Positions 28,102 through 41,207 are shown, counted from the first letter of the whole stretch. The stretch: 63,635 nt of DNA, filler included, from Chiloscyllium plagiosum (GCF_004010195.1; 5 parts of one record of this genome joined end to end with filler, not necessarily neighbours in it); one strand, 5' to 3'. A program made the numbers and translations. Notes: generated by a model from the sequence alone, not told the origin.

Positions 28102-28876
28102 CGAGCAAGAGCAAAAACGAGAGTGCTCGAGCAAGAGCAAAAACGAGAGTGCTCGAGCAAGAGCAAAAACGAGAGTGCTCGAGCAAGAGCAAAAACGAGA
28201 GTGCTCGAGCAAGAGCAAAAACGAGAGTGCTCGAGCAAGAGCAAAAACGAGAGTGCTCGAGCAAGAGCAAAAACGAGAGTGCTCGAGCAAGAGCAAAAAC
28301 GAGAGTGCTCGAGCAAGAGCAAAAACGAGAGTGCTCGAGCAAGAGCAAAAACGAGAGTGCTCGAGCAAGAGCAAAAACGAGAGTGCTCGAGCAAGAGCAA
28401 AAACGAGAGTGCTCGAGCAAGAGCAAAAACGAGAGTGCTCGAGCAAGAGCAAAAACGAGAGTGCTCGAGCAAGAGCAAAAACGAGAGTGCTCGAGCAAGA
28501 GCAAAAACGAGAGTGCTCGAGCAAGAGCAAAAACGAGAGTGCTCGAGCAAGAGCAAAAACGAGAGTGCTCGAGCAAGAGCAAAAACGAGAGTGCTCGAGC
28601 AAGAGCAAAAACGAGAGTGCTCGAGCAAGAGCAAAAACGAGAGTGCTCGAGCAAGAGCAAAAACGAGAGTGCTCGAGCAAGAGCAAAAACGAGAGTGCTC
28701 GAGCAAGAGCAAAAACGAGAGTGCTCGAGCAAGAGCAAAAACGAGAGTGCTCGAGCAAGAGCAAAAACGAGAGTGCTCGAGCAAGAGCAAAAACGAGAGT
28801 GCTCGAGCAAGAGCAAAAACGAGAGTGCTCGAGCAAGAGCAAAAACGAGAGTGCTCGAGCAAGAGCAAAAACGAGA
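28102..28876. repeat. Perfect 26-bp tandem array (cgagcaagagcaaaaacgagagtgct), about 30 units
   Basis: No variant units seen; source of the six spurious ORFs at 27975-29032. Confidence 0.98.
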
Positions 28877-28885
28877 GAGACAGGA

Positions 28886-29292
28886 AGAGCAAGCGAGAGA
28901 AAGAGCGAGCAAAAGAGAGAGCGAGAATGAGTGTGCGCGAGAGAGCAGATTGACAGTGTGAACGCGAGAGAGAGAAGGAGCAGGATAGTTCCAAAAAGCT
29001 GGCACTGACACGATAGGGTAAATCACTTTCAATTATGCTGCAGCATCCAATGACTGCATTTCAGCATGTGGAAGAAGGGAGCATTCACAGAGCAAGCGAG
29101 AGAAAGAGCGAGCAAAAGAGAGAGCGAGAATGAGTGTGCGCGAGAGAGCAGATTGACAGTGTGAACGCGAGAGAGAAGGAGCAGGATAGTTCCAAAAAGC
29201 TGGCACTGACACGATAGGGTAAATCACTTTCAATTATGCTGCAGCATCCAATGACTGCATTTCAGCATGTGGAAGAAGGGAGCATTCACAGA
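28886..29292. repeat. ~203-bp tandem duplication
   Basis: 28886-29088 is repeated at 29089-~29292, differing by one GA unit. Confidence 0.93.
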
Positions 29293-29703
29293 GAACTTTT
29301 AGCTTGGGGACCTGAGCTGAATCCAGAATTTAAGAGGACGTGTCAATCTTTACTGTACTCTCAATTCAGAATGTTTCCACATTGGCACATGCCAAATGTG
29401 GAATTAAACAAAAGGGAGCTTTACTCTCAGCAGTTTTGCGGGAACTTACCGTACTCTCATTTAGACCCCTCATAGCTAAATGTGTACTGGCGCAGTGCAC
29501 ACATGCTATGCAGGCACAAGTGCCACTGATCACATCATGGATGCTAGAGCTGGACTACAGAAATCACCCATTCACATGTTAACCTGTCTACTGTACATTT
29601 TACTGCTTCAGCAACCCTGTACGAAATCTCTGGGGCTCTTGAAGCACTCAGGGCTCAGTGGCTTGCCTCCAAAAACCCCCACACAGCTCTTTAACTTTCT
29701 TAC

Positions 29704-29836
29704 CTTGATGGCTCGTCTAACAATCATTATTGCATCATGAAGGGAACGCTCAGTCTCTTCCATAAACTGCTCTGAACCCCCTCTAAGAATGATCGTACAG
29801 GTCTTGGCCTTGGGACACCCAGTGAAGAAGTTATAT
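29704..29836 (-). CDS. CCT7: CCT7 exon 10 ([20 protein letters not shown]...RRAIK)
   Basis: 133 nt, AG/GT boundaries. Confidence 0.97.
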
Positions 29837-30423
29837 CTGGACAGTGGGTGAAAGAATAGGTACAATTCAGTGGAACAGGAATGGCTGCAAGACTCAAAAA
29901 TACATTTTAGCATATTCCACCTGAAGTCATACAAGTCAGAAATACTCAGACTGGAGAAGAAAAAATATCAAAGAGTAGGATGGCATTGTTTCTGACCCAC
30001 GTTGACCCCTGTAAATGCAGGAAGGACGTTCCTAATACCTCAGTCACTCAGAATCGGGGATCATAGCGTTAAGGGCCTTCTGGGATTAAGAGGTGAAATT
30101 CTTCACACAGAGTGGTAAGCCTGTGGGATTTTCTGCCACAGAAAGTAGCTGAAGTTAAAACACTGAATGCTTTCAAGATGGAGACAGATATAACTCTTAG
30201 GTCTGAAAGGATTGGAGGAGAAAGGGCAAAACAGGGTTTTTTTAGGTATGGGCTTCACTGGCTACATTTATTGTCCATCATCAATTGCCCAGAGGGCAGT
30301 GAAGAGTTAAACACATTGCAGTAAAATCTAGAAAAACTTGGTGATGTTCTGTATATATATCGCTCAATGGGTTTAACTTCAGCAAGAACAGATTCCACGT
30401 TATACTCAACCTAGCAGTTGTAC

Positions 30424-30521
30424 CTTTCACTTCCAACCTGGGCCTCCTCAAAGAGTGTGCACTGACCCAATACGTCACCTGTCAACGCATTAACACTGGT
30501 CTGAATGGAACCACCGCAAGC
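30424..30521 (-). CDS. CCT7: CCT7 exon 9 ([32 protein letters not shown])
   Basis: 98 nt, AG/GT boundaries; translated by hand. Confidence 0.95.
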
Positions 30522-31400
30522 CTAGAAGACAAGAAAGCAAATGTATAAAAGTATACACAAAGAACAAATCTGCACCTGTTCTATTAACTAATATTGTGCA
30601 ACAAGTCTCAACCTGCAAATCTCCTGGGTTCTGAATGCTCGAAATGTACACTGATGTCCACATGTAGTCTAGATTGGTTTTCTGGTCTATACTTAACTGG
30701 CAACAGTCAATAGCCTGAGCAACAAGTGTTCCTGGCTGACAGCAACCATCCTGGATTACTTTATTATTTCCTGTTAAACAATGATGTAGGCTAGGTTTGG
30801 CTCTGATACACCCAACGGTCAATCAGCCAACTGATCTTGATGTCTGGTTCACATGTTAACAGGGGAGATGCTCTGAACAACTGCTGATATGTATGAAAGC
30901 AGCAAGGTTCATCCATTGGCTTCTCAACGAGAAACACGAAGAGGAAAATTTACTTAGAATACTTGAATATCTTCTGCCTTATATAACACAGTTTTGTACC
31001 CATTCTGTACTTATTGATGTTTTGGAAAAACAAAATTATATCACATAGTATGTCAATTTAATTACCACCTACATGTATTTATTAAAAAGCTTACAATGAG
31101 CATTATTTCTGGTGACAGATTGCTCCTATTATATTTGAAAAAAGCTGAAAAAAAAGACACCTTGCTGAAGCTTTTAAAAAAAAAGAAAAGCGTTGGCAAA
31201 ATGTACCTTTTCTTAGCAATACTAAAGTTCTCTACTACCAAATGACTATTATGTTAATCAGGTTAGATTTCTTACTGGTTACAAGTCTGTCAGTGAGATT
31301 GATCATTAGTGAAAATAACATTTCACAGCAAGGGAAATATAGCCAGTTAGTTCTTGCAATACAGCTCTATTTATTCATTAGACAATGAAAATTCACTGAC

Positions 31401-31589
31401 CATCATAGTACGCTTAAGATCCTCCTCTGGGACCCTGCCAGCACAGAACATGTCTCTGTCTGCAAAATACTGGGTTGCCACATCTCCAATTGGAAGCTTA
31501 GACAGCACAACTTTGGCCCCAGACAGATGAATTTTCTCAAGTTTATCATAAAGGATATTCCACTCTGCATCAACAATTGCCTGATAGTC
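31401..31589 (-). CDS. CCT7: CCT7 exon 8 ([17 protein letters not shown]...EEDLKRTMM)
   Basis: 189 nt, AG/GT boundaries; translated by hand. Confidence 0.96.
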
Positions 31590-32584
31590 CTAGAAACAAA
31601 AGGAGATCAATGTATTTAATGGCAAGAGTCAGTGCAATACAGTATCCTGGGGAAATGGGTTAACACAACTGTACCATTATTGTTAAGTCCAAATCCTGCA
31701 AGATCACTGTGCTTTGCTCAATCCCTGACCCATCATGGAGAAAACATTTTCAGTAAATACAGTTTGACCATTTCAAATCTAAGCTCAGCCTCTTGGAACT
31801 ATTATTTCATTCTAACTTTGCTGCACTCCGATGTGAATGGATGTGAAGTTGCTGGTGTTGGACTGGCATGGACAAAGTCCAAAACCACACGACACCACAT
31901 CATAGCCTATCAGGTTTACTTGAAATCAGAAGCGTTCAGAATGTAGCCCCTTCGTGGCAATGGTGGGGTTACGCTCTGAAAACTTGCGATTTCAAATAAA
32001 CCTGGTGTCATGTGACATCTGACTACGTAAATGGAGTACGAGAAGAGCTTCTAACGAATAAAAAAAAAATTGTGAAGGAGAGAGAGAGTGGGGTTGGTGA
32101 AAGGAATACTCTTTTCCTCCATACACTGCATTAAGCAATCCCTATAGGGAGGTATGGCACTTTTCTATTCCTCAGCAGCCAGCACGTGCTTTCTGAAAAA
32201 TTGCCAACTGATGGCAAATAAGAAGTCACTTCGTATTGTGAACCTGTGTCCAGTGGAATCTGAACAATAACTACAACAGCCCAAAATCATTCCAAATGAC
32301 TTCCAGAGTTAGCAGGAGAAACATTATTTCGCTCCATCAGCCCGGAGTCTATGAATCCAGCTTCCCAGTGTGAAAGCCAAGAGGCAAACTTGCTGAGGAA
32401 ACCAGTGCCTTGTAATATGAAGTTGTGTACTGTATCTTTAAGCGAGGGTGAAACCTGTTTTGGCAGAGAGTGTTTGCAGGCACCTGTCATGTGACTGGCT
32501 AGAAGTCTCAGAGTGCACTGGAAAATTGAAAAAATGTAACATTTGGCTACTGTGTTCACAACAGTTCAAATTTAACCAGTTTAA

Positions 32585-34298
32585 ATTATGCCCAGGATAC
32601 TGAAACCTAATCAAATCTGAATTTTACTGTTTTGACAATATCGAACCAATGAGACAATCCGATGTTTGGGGATTTAAAAAAAGCAGACATTTTGAAAGCC
32701 AGTGAGTGTAAACTGCCATCTGGAGAGAGACTGCCTTTCGAAACAATCTCTATCAAAGGTACCTTTTTCATATGAAACATCTTTGCAGCAAAACACCAAA
32801 GACGACCCATTGAGATCTACAGGCAGAGGAAGGCAGATGCCGTCGACAGCCACTATCAGGTTTTGAAAATTAAGTTGATGCAATTTTAATAGGGGCTTTT
32901 ACTGGATCAGTACAGGGGAACCTTGATTATCCGAATAAGATGGGTGGGCACTATTTCGTTAACATAACTGATTATTCAATTAATTGATTCAATGCCTTTC
33001 CTCTAGGGCGCAGGGATTTTCTATTAAGTTGCTCCCTGTTCAGGAGACGAGGCAGCAGCACACCGTGCACAAGGCCCCGCCCCCAAACCCCACCCATCCA
33101 TGCCCGCCCCCAATTCCATCCAACACCGCCCCTGCCTGCCCCTCAACACTGCCCCCTGCCTGCCCCGCAAACCCNNNNNNNNNNNNNNNNNNNNNNNNNN
33201 NNNNNNNNNNNNNNNNNNNNNNNNNNNNNNNNNNNNNNNNNNNNNNNNNNNNNNNNNNNNNNNNNNNNNNNNNNNNNNNNNNNNNNNNNNNNNNNNNNNN
33301 NNNNNNNNNNNNNNNNNNNNNNNNNNNNNNNNNNNNNNNNNNNNNNNNNNNNNNNNNNNNNNNNNNNNNNNNNNNNNNNNNNNNNNNNNNNNNNNNNNNN
33401 NNNNNNNNNNNNNNNNNNNNNNNNNNNNNNNNNNNNNNNNNNNNNNNNNNNNNNNNNNNNNNNNNNNNNNNNNNNNNNNNNNNNNNNNNNNNNNNNNNNN
33501 NNNNNNNNNNNNNNNNNNNNNNNNNNNNNNNNNNNNNNNNNNNNNTGCCCCCACCCACCGTATGGCCCCCGCCCACCCTGCTCCCCCACGCGCCCCTGCC
33601 CCCCCGACGACCCCAACCCCCTTGGGGGCAGCCAGACTGGACACCAACAGAGAGACTGCTCCTACCTTTCTGGGGTAAGTCTCCAAATAGCACACACAGA
33701 CAGCCACAAACACAACTTTTTAACTGCAACTTTTTGACAAGTTCCACCTCTGCCCTGTACTGGACAATGTTAGAGAAATTATCTGGGGAAAGGGGGTTTA
33801 GGGTTCACCCCTATGTAGAACTCCAGGGATAGTGTGGGGATAGGGAGAGAGGGCTGGAGGTCAGTCATTTGGAGACGGTGCCTGGGCTCTCATCTATGTC
33901 CAGGACTGTTCTCAGCAGAGATCGTTTTTAATCAGTGTAAACAAAAGACGTGATCAGGGTTGAAACAGCTCTTTTATGTAATGTTTCTAACCGGACCTTG
34001 AGATCTCCTTCGGATCATCCAATATTCCGATAATTGATATTCGGATAATCGAGGTTCCCCTGAATATTGTTATAGAGTTGAAGGTAAATAACAAGTCTTT
34101 AAGAGAAAGGAGGCTTAGAGTTATAAATAGTTGTTTAATGTTCGGTTTTAGAGTTAAAGAATAAATTGATATTTTTACTTTAAATAATCAAATCTGGGAG
34201 TATTCTGTCACTCATAGTTTAACAGATTATGAGGTGAGGTGAGTTTTTCTGTGTGTGTTTAGTTTAATTAGCAGAGAGGTTTACCGCCGTGTCATACA
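32585..34298 (+). mobile_element. Possible solo LTR-like repeat hosting the Tigger-like insertion
   Basis: AATAAA at ~34160 and an LTR-like terminus ...cgtgtcataca; boundaries approximate, no coding remnant. Confidence 0.3.
32913..34062. mobile_element. Non-autonomous Tc1/mariner-pogo (Tigger-like) DNA transposon
   Basis: 24-bp TIRs caggggaaccttgattatccgaat (32913-32936) and attcggataatcgaggttcccctg (34039-34062), one mismatch; TA on the left, AA on the right; internal N-gap. Confidence 0.85.
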
Positions 34299-35414
34299 CT
34301 TGCAACTTCTAGACCTTTAGACAGAGGCTGAGTGGATGAATAGGGATAAAACCTGATAACAACACTGAGCAGAATCAAGCTGTTAATCCTATACATTTCA
34401 CACCATGCATACTAGTTATCACAGAAATAACATGCAAGCTGTGCAGTGCATGGAGTTTTAAAAAGCTGCTGAGAGACCAGCAACTTTAAACTGTGATAAT
34501 TTTTGAATAAGCTGGAGAGCAGTGAGCAATTAGATTTTAGTTATTGGGATGGTCTTGAACTGTACTACCTTGCATCAAAGAATCTGAGAATTGGTCATGT
34601 CTGACAATAGTCACAATGAGGAAAGAAAGGGACATTGTCAATATACTAAGCAGCCTGCTAGATTGGCACATCTACGACCAACACAGTGACAGCAGTGTGC
34701 ACCCTCTACAAGCTGCAATTTTGCAAATCACCTTTTGATAGCACCTTCCAAACCTAGAAGGACATGGGTAGCAAATACACAGGAACACCTTCACCACATG
34801 CAAGTTCTTCTCCTGGCCATACCCTATCCTGACTTGGAACTTTATCTTTGTTTCTTCACTGTCACTGTATTAAAATCCTGGAACACCCACCCTATTAGCA
34901 CTATGGGTGAACCTAACCTCAAAGACTGCAGTGATTCAAGGCAGCAGTTCACCACCACCACATGACAATTAGGGGTGTACAATAAACGCTGGCTTTGCCA
35001 GGAAGGTCTACATCCTATGAATAAATTTTAAAACTTACTCAAGCATTTATACTTTTGGATCACTCAAACTAATACATTGTTTAATTATATGGGAACCAAT
35101 GGCTGAATGCTACTCAAGGACATGAGTTATTATAGAATTCCAATTTCCAATGACCAATTTCAAACCTTTTCTCAAACTGACAAATGTTTTCCTTATTGAG
35201 GTGTGGTATCAGAGGTACTAACATCTCTAAATTGTTGCCATAGATTATTAATTCTTCACCACAGTCAGTTAGTTACTAAGCAGAATTCACTGAATATTAA
35301 ACATGAGTAATAAACCTGGCTAAGATTCCTTGGCAAGTCTACACCAGCTCACATTAGAATTAAAACTGATGCTACTACATGAACATGAACCATGCTGCCC
35401 TTGAGAGTACTAAC

Positions 35415-35579
35415 CTCAACACTGTTCACCCGAATCTCGGCATTATCCTTCTCAGCTTTGAGCTCCAGCTCCACGTTCAGAAGTGCAATTTTAGGTTTCT
35501 CGTACTTCTTGGGTTGCATTTCAAATCCAGCATAAGAGAATGTTTTCTTAAAGGCGACGCCAGCTATTAGTTGAGATTC
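35415..35579 (-). CDS. CCT7: CCT7 exon 7 ([25 protein letters not shown]...EIRVNSVE)
   Basis: 165 nt, AG/GT boundaries; diagnostic [10 protein letters not shown] motif. Confidence 0.97.
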
Positions 35580-37370
35580 CTATGATCAACACCAAACAAA
35601 CACAAGAAGAGACATGTAAAATTCACTGAGACCTGGTGTATTTAAAAAATTAGCTTTCAGATATAATTTTTGAGGAACATTTGTAAACAACAGAGGTGAG
35701 ATGTAGTTGATGTATTCTTTTGTACCATTTGTACACAGGCTGATAGATTCCAATGTCACTGTGCATCACCACGTCACACTCAGTAAGACTGTCACACATC
35801 CAGATCATAACTTCTGAATGTCAACTATCCAAACGTACAAGTGGAGAATAAGTTTATTAGTATTCAACAAAAAGGTTAAAATATAGAACGGAGAATTCCT
35901 AAGTCATTATGACTCAAGTGTATGTTATCCGTGGCCACATGCAAAGGATCCTGATGATCTCTGACACTGTTTCTCATAAACTCCCTTTCATTATACAGTA
36001 TATAAATATACATAACTACACACACAACTGCACAAAAGGGCAAAGTCTCTGAGCATTCTTAAATAGAGGACAGACAGGATCTCTAGTGGTGCATGGGTCA
36101 GTGAACGGAGACCAGACAGGGTCTTTGAAAGTGAGGATTTTGGTGAAGAGAGCATGGACAGTATCATGACAGTGTGTGAGGCTGGTGAAGAGAAAACCAT
36201 CAAGGCCTCTGGCAGTGGGTGAGTTAATGACTAGAGAACAGACAGGGTCTCTGGCAGAGTGTGAGCTGGTGAAGAGAAAACAGCGTCTTTGGCAGTGCAT
36301 GCGTTGTTGAAGAGATAAAGAGTTGGGTCTGAGAGTATTTGGGGAGAGAACTGATGAAGGTCATGCAGCTGATATTGTTTATATGGACTTTCAAAAGAGA
36401 CTAGCAGTTAATATAAAACAGAATCCAAAAACCTTCTTCAGATATGTAAACAGTATTAGGGCAGTAAAAGCAGGAATTAGATCATTTAGGGCCCAAAAAG
36501 GTGAATGAATAACATTAAGTGAATACTTTGAATCTGCCTTGAACAAAGATGCTGGATCAAGCTTGGAGCTGATCTACAAGGAGTCCATCCAATCTGCCTC
36601 TGCCTACACCCCATACCTCTCTTCTCTGCACTTGGTGGGCAAAGATCATCCATCTGGGCTTGGCCTACAGAAAGAAAATGAGGGGAAGTCTCCTCATATT
36701 GGAGAGGGGCTACAGCCTCACTGCCTTATTTGATGCATATTTTGATAAACAAACATGTATATGCTGCTGCAAGAAGATTTGAGTTTGGAAATTGGGATGT
36801 CTAACTGCAGTTACAGAGCTGTGTTTGAGCGCCAGTGGAAAGGCAAGGGTGAAGCACTGGGTGAATTGCTTCTTTAGAGAGGCAACAGAGATACAACAAG
36901 CCAATACCCTCCTACTAAACTGCGGCCATTTTATGATTCTGTTGACATTTGGTAAACTACCAAAGACTTATAACTCATGCAACTGGAGGGACAGTGCCAA
37001 CGATTAGGGTTGAACGTAAAAAATACACTGGCATTCTGCGGGATTGGTATTAGGGTTGTTATTTTGAGTTATACAACAATGGGTTCACAATGCTGCCGAC
37101 ACAGTTAAAAATGCAGTAAACAAAAACAACTGAAGACTTCAGGGAAACTTATACTGGTGAAATGGACAGGATGAATGAAACCTAATGCAGAGATATGCAA
37201 TTGATACAATGCACACGTGTTAGCCACAATTTTATATCAGGTGAAGCAACAAAGAAAGCTTATGCATGGCTGCGTAAAATTCTAATTTTTCTTTAGAACA
37301 GATAAAGAATTTAACGCATACAAAACAACGTATACTCAATCAAACAGGTTCAAAGTCAATAAATACGAAC

Positions 37371-37542
37371 CTCGAGACCTCCTCCCTGAACTTTCTTTAT
37401 CCCAATCATTTTCAGTGGGAGAAGGTCATCCAACATCATGACTGCATCTACCACCATCATGGAGAAGAAACCTTTCTGAAGGGCAATCAGTTTGGAGCTG
37501 AGGGCAGTAGCAGCACATTTCTCAAAAAGCTCTCTCTGAAGC
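37371..37542 (-). CDS. CCT7: CCT7 exon 6 ([19 protein letters not shown]...KKVQGGGLE)
   Basis: 172 nt, AG/GT boundaries. Confidence 0.97.
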
Positions 37543-38874
37543 CTGTCAGAGTGGGATGAAATAAAGTAAACTTTAACGCAAAGAACCAACATTAAAATCA
37601 CTAAGGCAAGTTTATTCTCAACCCACATCCATGCTTATAATGGAATTATGACGACATCCACTTGATTCCCAGCACAGCCCTCCTCCACTGGTGCCTATGT
37701 GCTGCACTACAATGAAACGCCCCACCACGAATGGATTGTAGCTGCACTGTGTAATTTCCAGTTTGCAATACAGCGAAACCTCAGGGCGTCTTCAACAGTA
37801 CCTCCCAAATCCGTGACCTTTACCAGTGAAGTGGAAAAGAACAGAGCTTCATGGGGACATAATCAACTCCAAGTCAAACACCATCCCAACTTGTAACAGA
37901 AATACGCATTCAGTAACAATCAGCAATTCCTACCAGACAACAATGTGGAAGCACTTTTACCAATGAAACTACTCAATGGAAGTGTTCCTGCACTTGTGCT
38001 TGGAAGATGCCGTGGAATGAAGAGAGGTGACTGAGGAGTGGACCAGAGTATCACCAAGGGAACAGATTCTGAAAGGGACAGGAAGAAGAGTGTTTGGTGG
38101 TAGCAGCATTTTGGGAGCCGAATGGCCTAGTGGTATTATCATTGATCTGTTAACCCAGGGTCCGAGGTAATGTTCTCGGGATCTGGATTCAAATCCTGTT
38201 ACGACAGATGATAGAATCTGGAATTAAGAGTCTAATGAAGACTGTAATTCCACTGCCAATTGTTGGGAAAAACCTAGCGGGTTCACTTGTGTCAGTTAGG
38301 AAAAGAAACTGCCATCCTTATCTGGTTTGGCCTACATATGATTCTGACATCAATGTGGTTGGCTCTTAACTGCCCTCTGGGCAATTAGGGATGGATAATA
38401 AATGCTGGCCCAGCCAGACAGCGATGCTCTCACTCTAATAATGAATAAAGAGGAAATGGGAGAAATAAGATAAGAACAACCCTAACATGGCATTAGAGAT
38501 AAATGAAGGGGTGGAAGCAGAAGTACACAAAACAGGATGGGCAGGTTTGAGAGTCCTATCAACCACAATGACACGGCATCGTTTGAAAGGTTCCAAAGAA
38601 GTCATAATAAGCTTGAAATGTTAACTGTTTCTCTCTTCACAGATGCTGCCAGACTTGCAGAGTTTCAGTTTTTATTTCAGATCTCCAACATCCATAGTAG
38701 TTCGCTTTAATATAACAAATCGTCAATTGAGGTCCAAAAAGAAAGAAATATCAGAAGCATCAGCATCTGATGCCATGGGACAATGGAAGGGGCCACTACT
38801 CAAAACAGCGTGAGACAATGCTTAATCCAGATAGCTACACAGAACAGTGGATTTATAGTAAATATAACACTTAC

Positions 38875-38927
38875 TCTTTGCTGTCTTTCTTCACAGTTAC
38901 AGCAATGGCTTTGATCTTTTCCAAGGC
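38875..38927 (-). CDS. CCT7: CCT7 exon 5 (ALEKIKAIAVTVKKDSK)
   Basis: 53 nt, TAG acceptor, GTAAGT donor, phases fit both neighbours. Confidence 0.93.
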
Positions 38928-39124
38928 CTATTCCCAAAAAGAAAAATCAGAATCAACTGCAAAATAAGACATGGAAACAGTGAAAATAGGAGTTGACCAT
39001 TCAGCCCATCAACCTTTCAACTTGNNNNNNNNNNNNNNNNNNNNNNNNNNNNNNNNNNNNNNNNNNNNTTAATTAATTAANNNNNNNNNNNNNNNNNNNN
39101 NNNNNNNNNNNNNNNNNNNNNNNN

Positions 39125-40040
39125 TACCCACTTGCAATAAAGGCAACCATACCATTTGTCTTTCTAACAAGCACTGGCATGTTTGACTTCAATGACAAGT
39201 GTACAAAGGCATCCAGGTCCTCTTGTCCATCAATCTTTCCAATCCATCACCATTTAAATTATATTCTGCCATTGCTTTTCCTCCTAAATTAGACAACTTT
39301 ACATTTATTCACCTTATATCTGCCATGTATTTTCTCACTCACTCATTCAACTTATCTGATTCACAATGAGGTCTCTGAGTCGTCCATACCATTCTCACTC
39401 CCACCTGGGTATGCATTGGCAGCAAAGTTGGAAATTTTACATGATTCCCTCATATGAGTCAATACATATCATGAATAGCTGGTGCCCAAGCTCTGATCTC
39501 TATAATATCCCACTTGTCACCATCTTCCACTTCGAAAATGACCCATTTACTCCTACGGTTTCCTGTCTGTTAACCAATTCTCAATCCATGCCAGTATATT
39601 ATCACCAATCCTATATATTTTGATTTTCCACAATAGCCTCTTTTGTGGGACTTTATCAAAATCTTTCTTAAAATCCAAGTATGCCATATTCACTAGTTCT
39701 CTCTCATCTATTCTACTAGTTACAAACTCAAATCTACTCCAGCAGATTTGTCAAATGCAATTTCCATTTCAAAAATCCATGTTAACTTTGCAAAATCGCA
39801 TTGGTATTTTCTTAGCATTGTGTTATCACATCTTTTATAAATGACTCCAGCATTTTCCCTACTGCATATGTTTGTCAGATAAGTGCGTAATACTGGCTTT
39901 TCTGCCTCCCTCCTTTTTTAAACAGTGGGGTTATAGTCACCATCCTCTAATCCGCCAGGAATGTTGCCAAATCTATGTAATTTTGAATGTAACAACCAAT
40001 GTATCCATCATTTCCATGGCCACCTCCTCTAGTACCCTGC
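39125..40040 (-). mobile_element. Old CR1-type LINE RT fragment
   Basis: Decayed reverse complement of YLDF.K.FDKVP-like and flanking CR1 RT motifs. Confidence 0.7.
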
Positions 40041-41081
40041 TCTGTGGATGTCCTGAGGGTTCCTCAGTCTCTACAGCATTGTGCATACATCCTGTGTTCA
40101 ATGAGCCATTAGCAGAGCCAATGTGCGTTTAATGAGTGTTGATGACATATGGGAAATCAAAGGAAATATTTATAAACATGAATCAAACAAGAATCAGTGA
40201 ATCCTCTCCTGTATCAACAGCAATTTGTGGAGATCACAAAAAAGGCATTATACAAATGAAAGTTAAAGTAGTAAATCATTCCAAGCCACTTCACAGAAAT
40301 GTAATCAGCTAAGAATTTAATAAGAGATATTGGGAAAGTTGGTGCATAGTCCAGTCAAAATTGAACTTTCAAGGGGTGTCTTAACGGGTGCAGAATGAAA
40401 ATCCAGAGTTTTGCACCCAAGCAGGTCAGGTAAGGCCAGCAATAATACAGCAAAGGAAACGGGATGGGACAGGAAGAGAGAAGAAATGCATAAAAGAGTT
40501 AAAGAATCGTAGAGTTGCTAAAATGTTGTCAGATGCAGAGACAAGAGGAGGTGTGGCCAAGAAGTGATTAAAAAGCTTTTACATTTGATATTACCAAATC
40601 GGGAGCTAGTGACTAGACTTTTATGAAATACAAATTTCACCCCATGCCATGCTAGGATTTAAACCAGTCTCCCCAAACTATTAACCTGGGGTTCTGCTTT
40701 ACTAGTACAGTGATTTTGCTACTATGCCGCTCCCCTGCACATAATTCCAAACCCATAACAAGACTGGTTCAAACTGAATCTAACCCAGACAAACATTTTT
40801 GCTTACTGTTTAATGCATTTTGACACAAAATATCAATGTACATGTCATGGGAAAGGTTAAAGAGAGACAAGATGTCATAAAACAATAAACAGAAATGCCC
40901 ATCAAGGATTACTTTCTAGGAAACACTATTAATGCACAAAAAATCCTTAGGCTGTGAAAGACAGGAGGTCTGCGCAGTTCTGAAATTTGTCTTCACATGG
41001 ACATTAAAATCCCCGGTTAAGATCCACAAGGGCATGTATTAAATGGCAACACAGCCAACAAAAATGCAATTGTCTCATTAC

Positions 41082-41207
41082 CAGCTCTGTAGCTCTACGG
41101 AAGGATCGGATGATAACCTGGGGGTGAAGCCCCTCTTCCACATAGGGTTTGATCTGTCTCAGAAATTCTGCAGCGAGTAGAGTAACAGAAGTGGTCCCAT
41201 CGCCCAC
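41082..41207 (-). CDS. CCT7: CCT7 exon 4 ([16 protein letters not shown]...RRATEL)
   Basis: 126 nt, GDGTT ATP-binding motif. Confidence 0.98.

Noticed and set aside
28102..28876. CRISPR-like regular palindromic repeats (also 59365-62091)
   Set aside because: No unique spacers, no cas genes, vertebrate context; these are plain tandem repeats.
27975..29032. Six overlapping 247-339 aa ORFs
   Set aside because: Translation of a stop-free 26-bp array inside CCT7 intron 10.
30640..30860. Possible H/ACA snoRNA in CCT7 intron 8 (shares ttcacatgttaac with 29571-29583)
   Set aside because: Could not build a convincing two-hairpin H/ACA fold or match a known family; the shared 13-mer may be chance.
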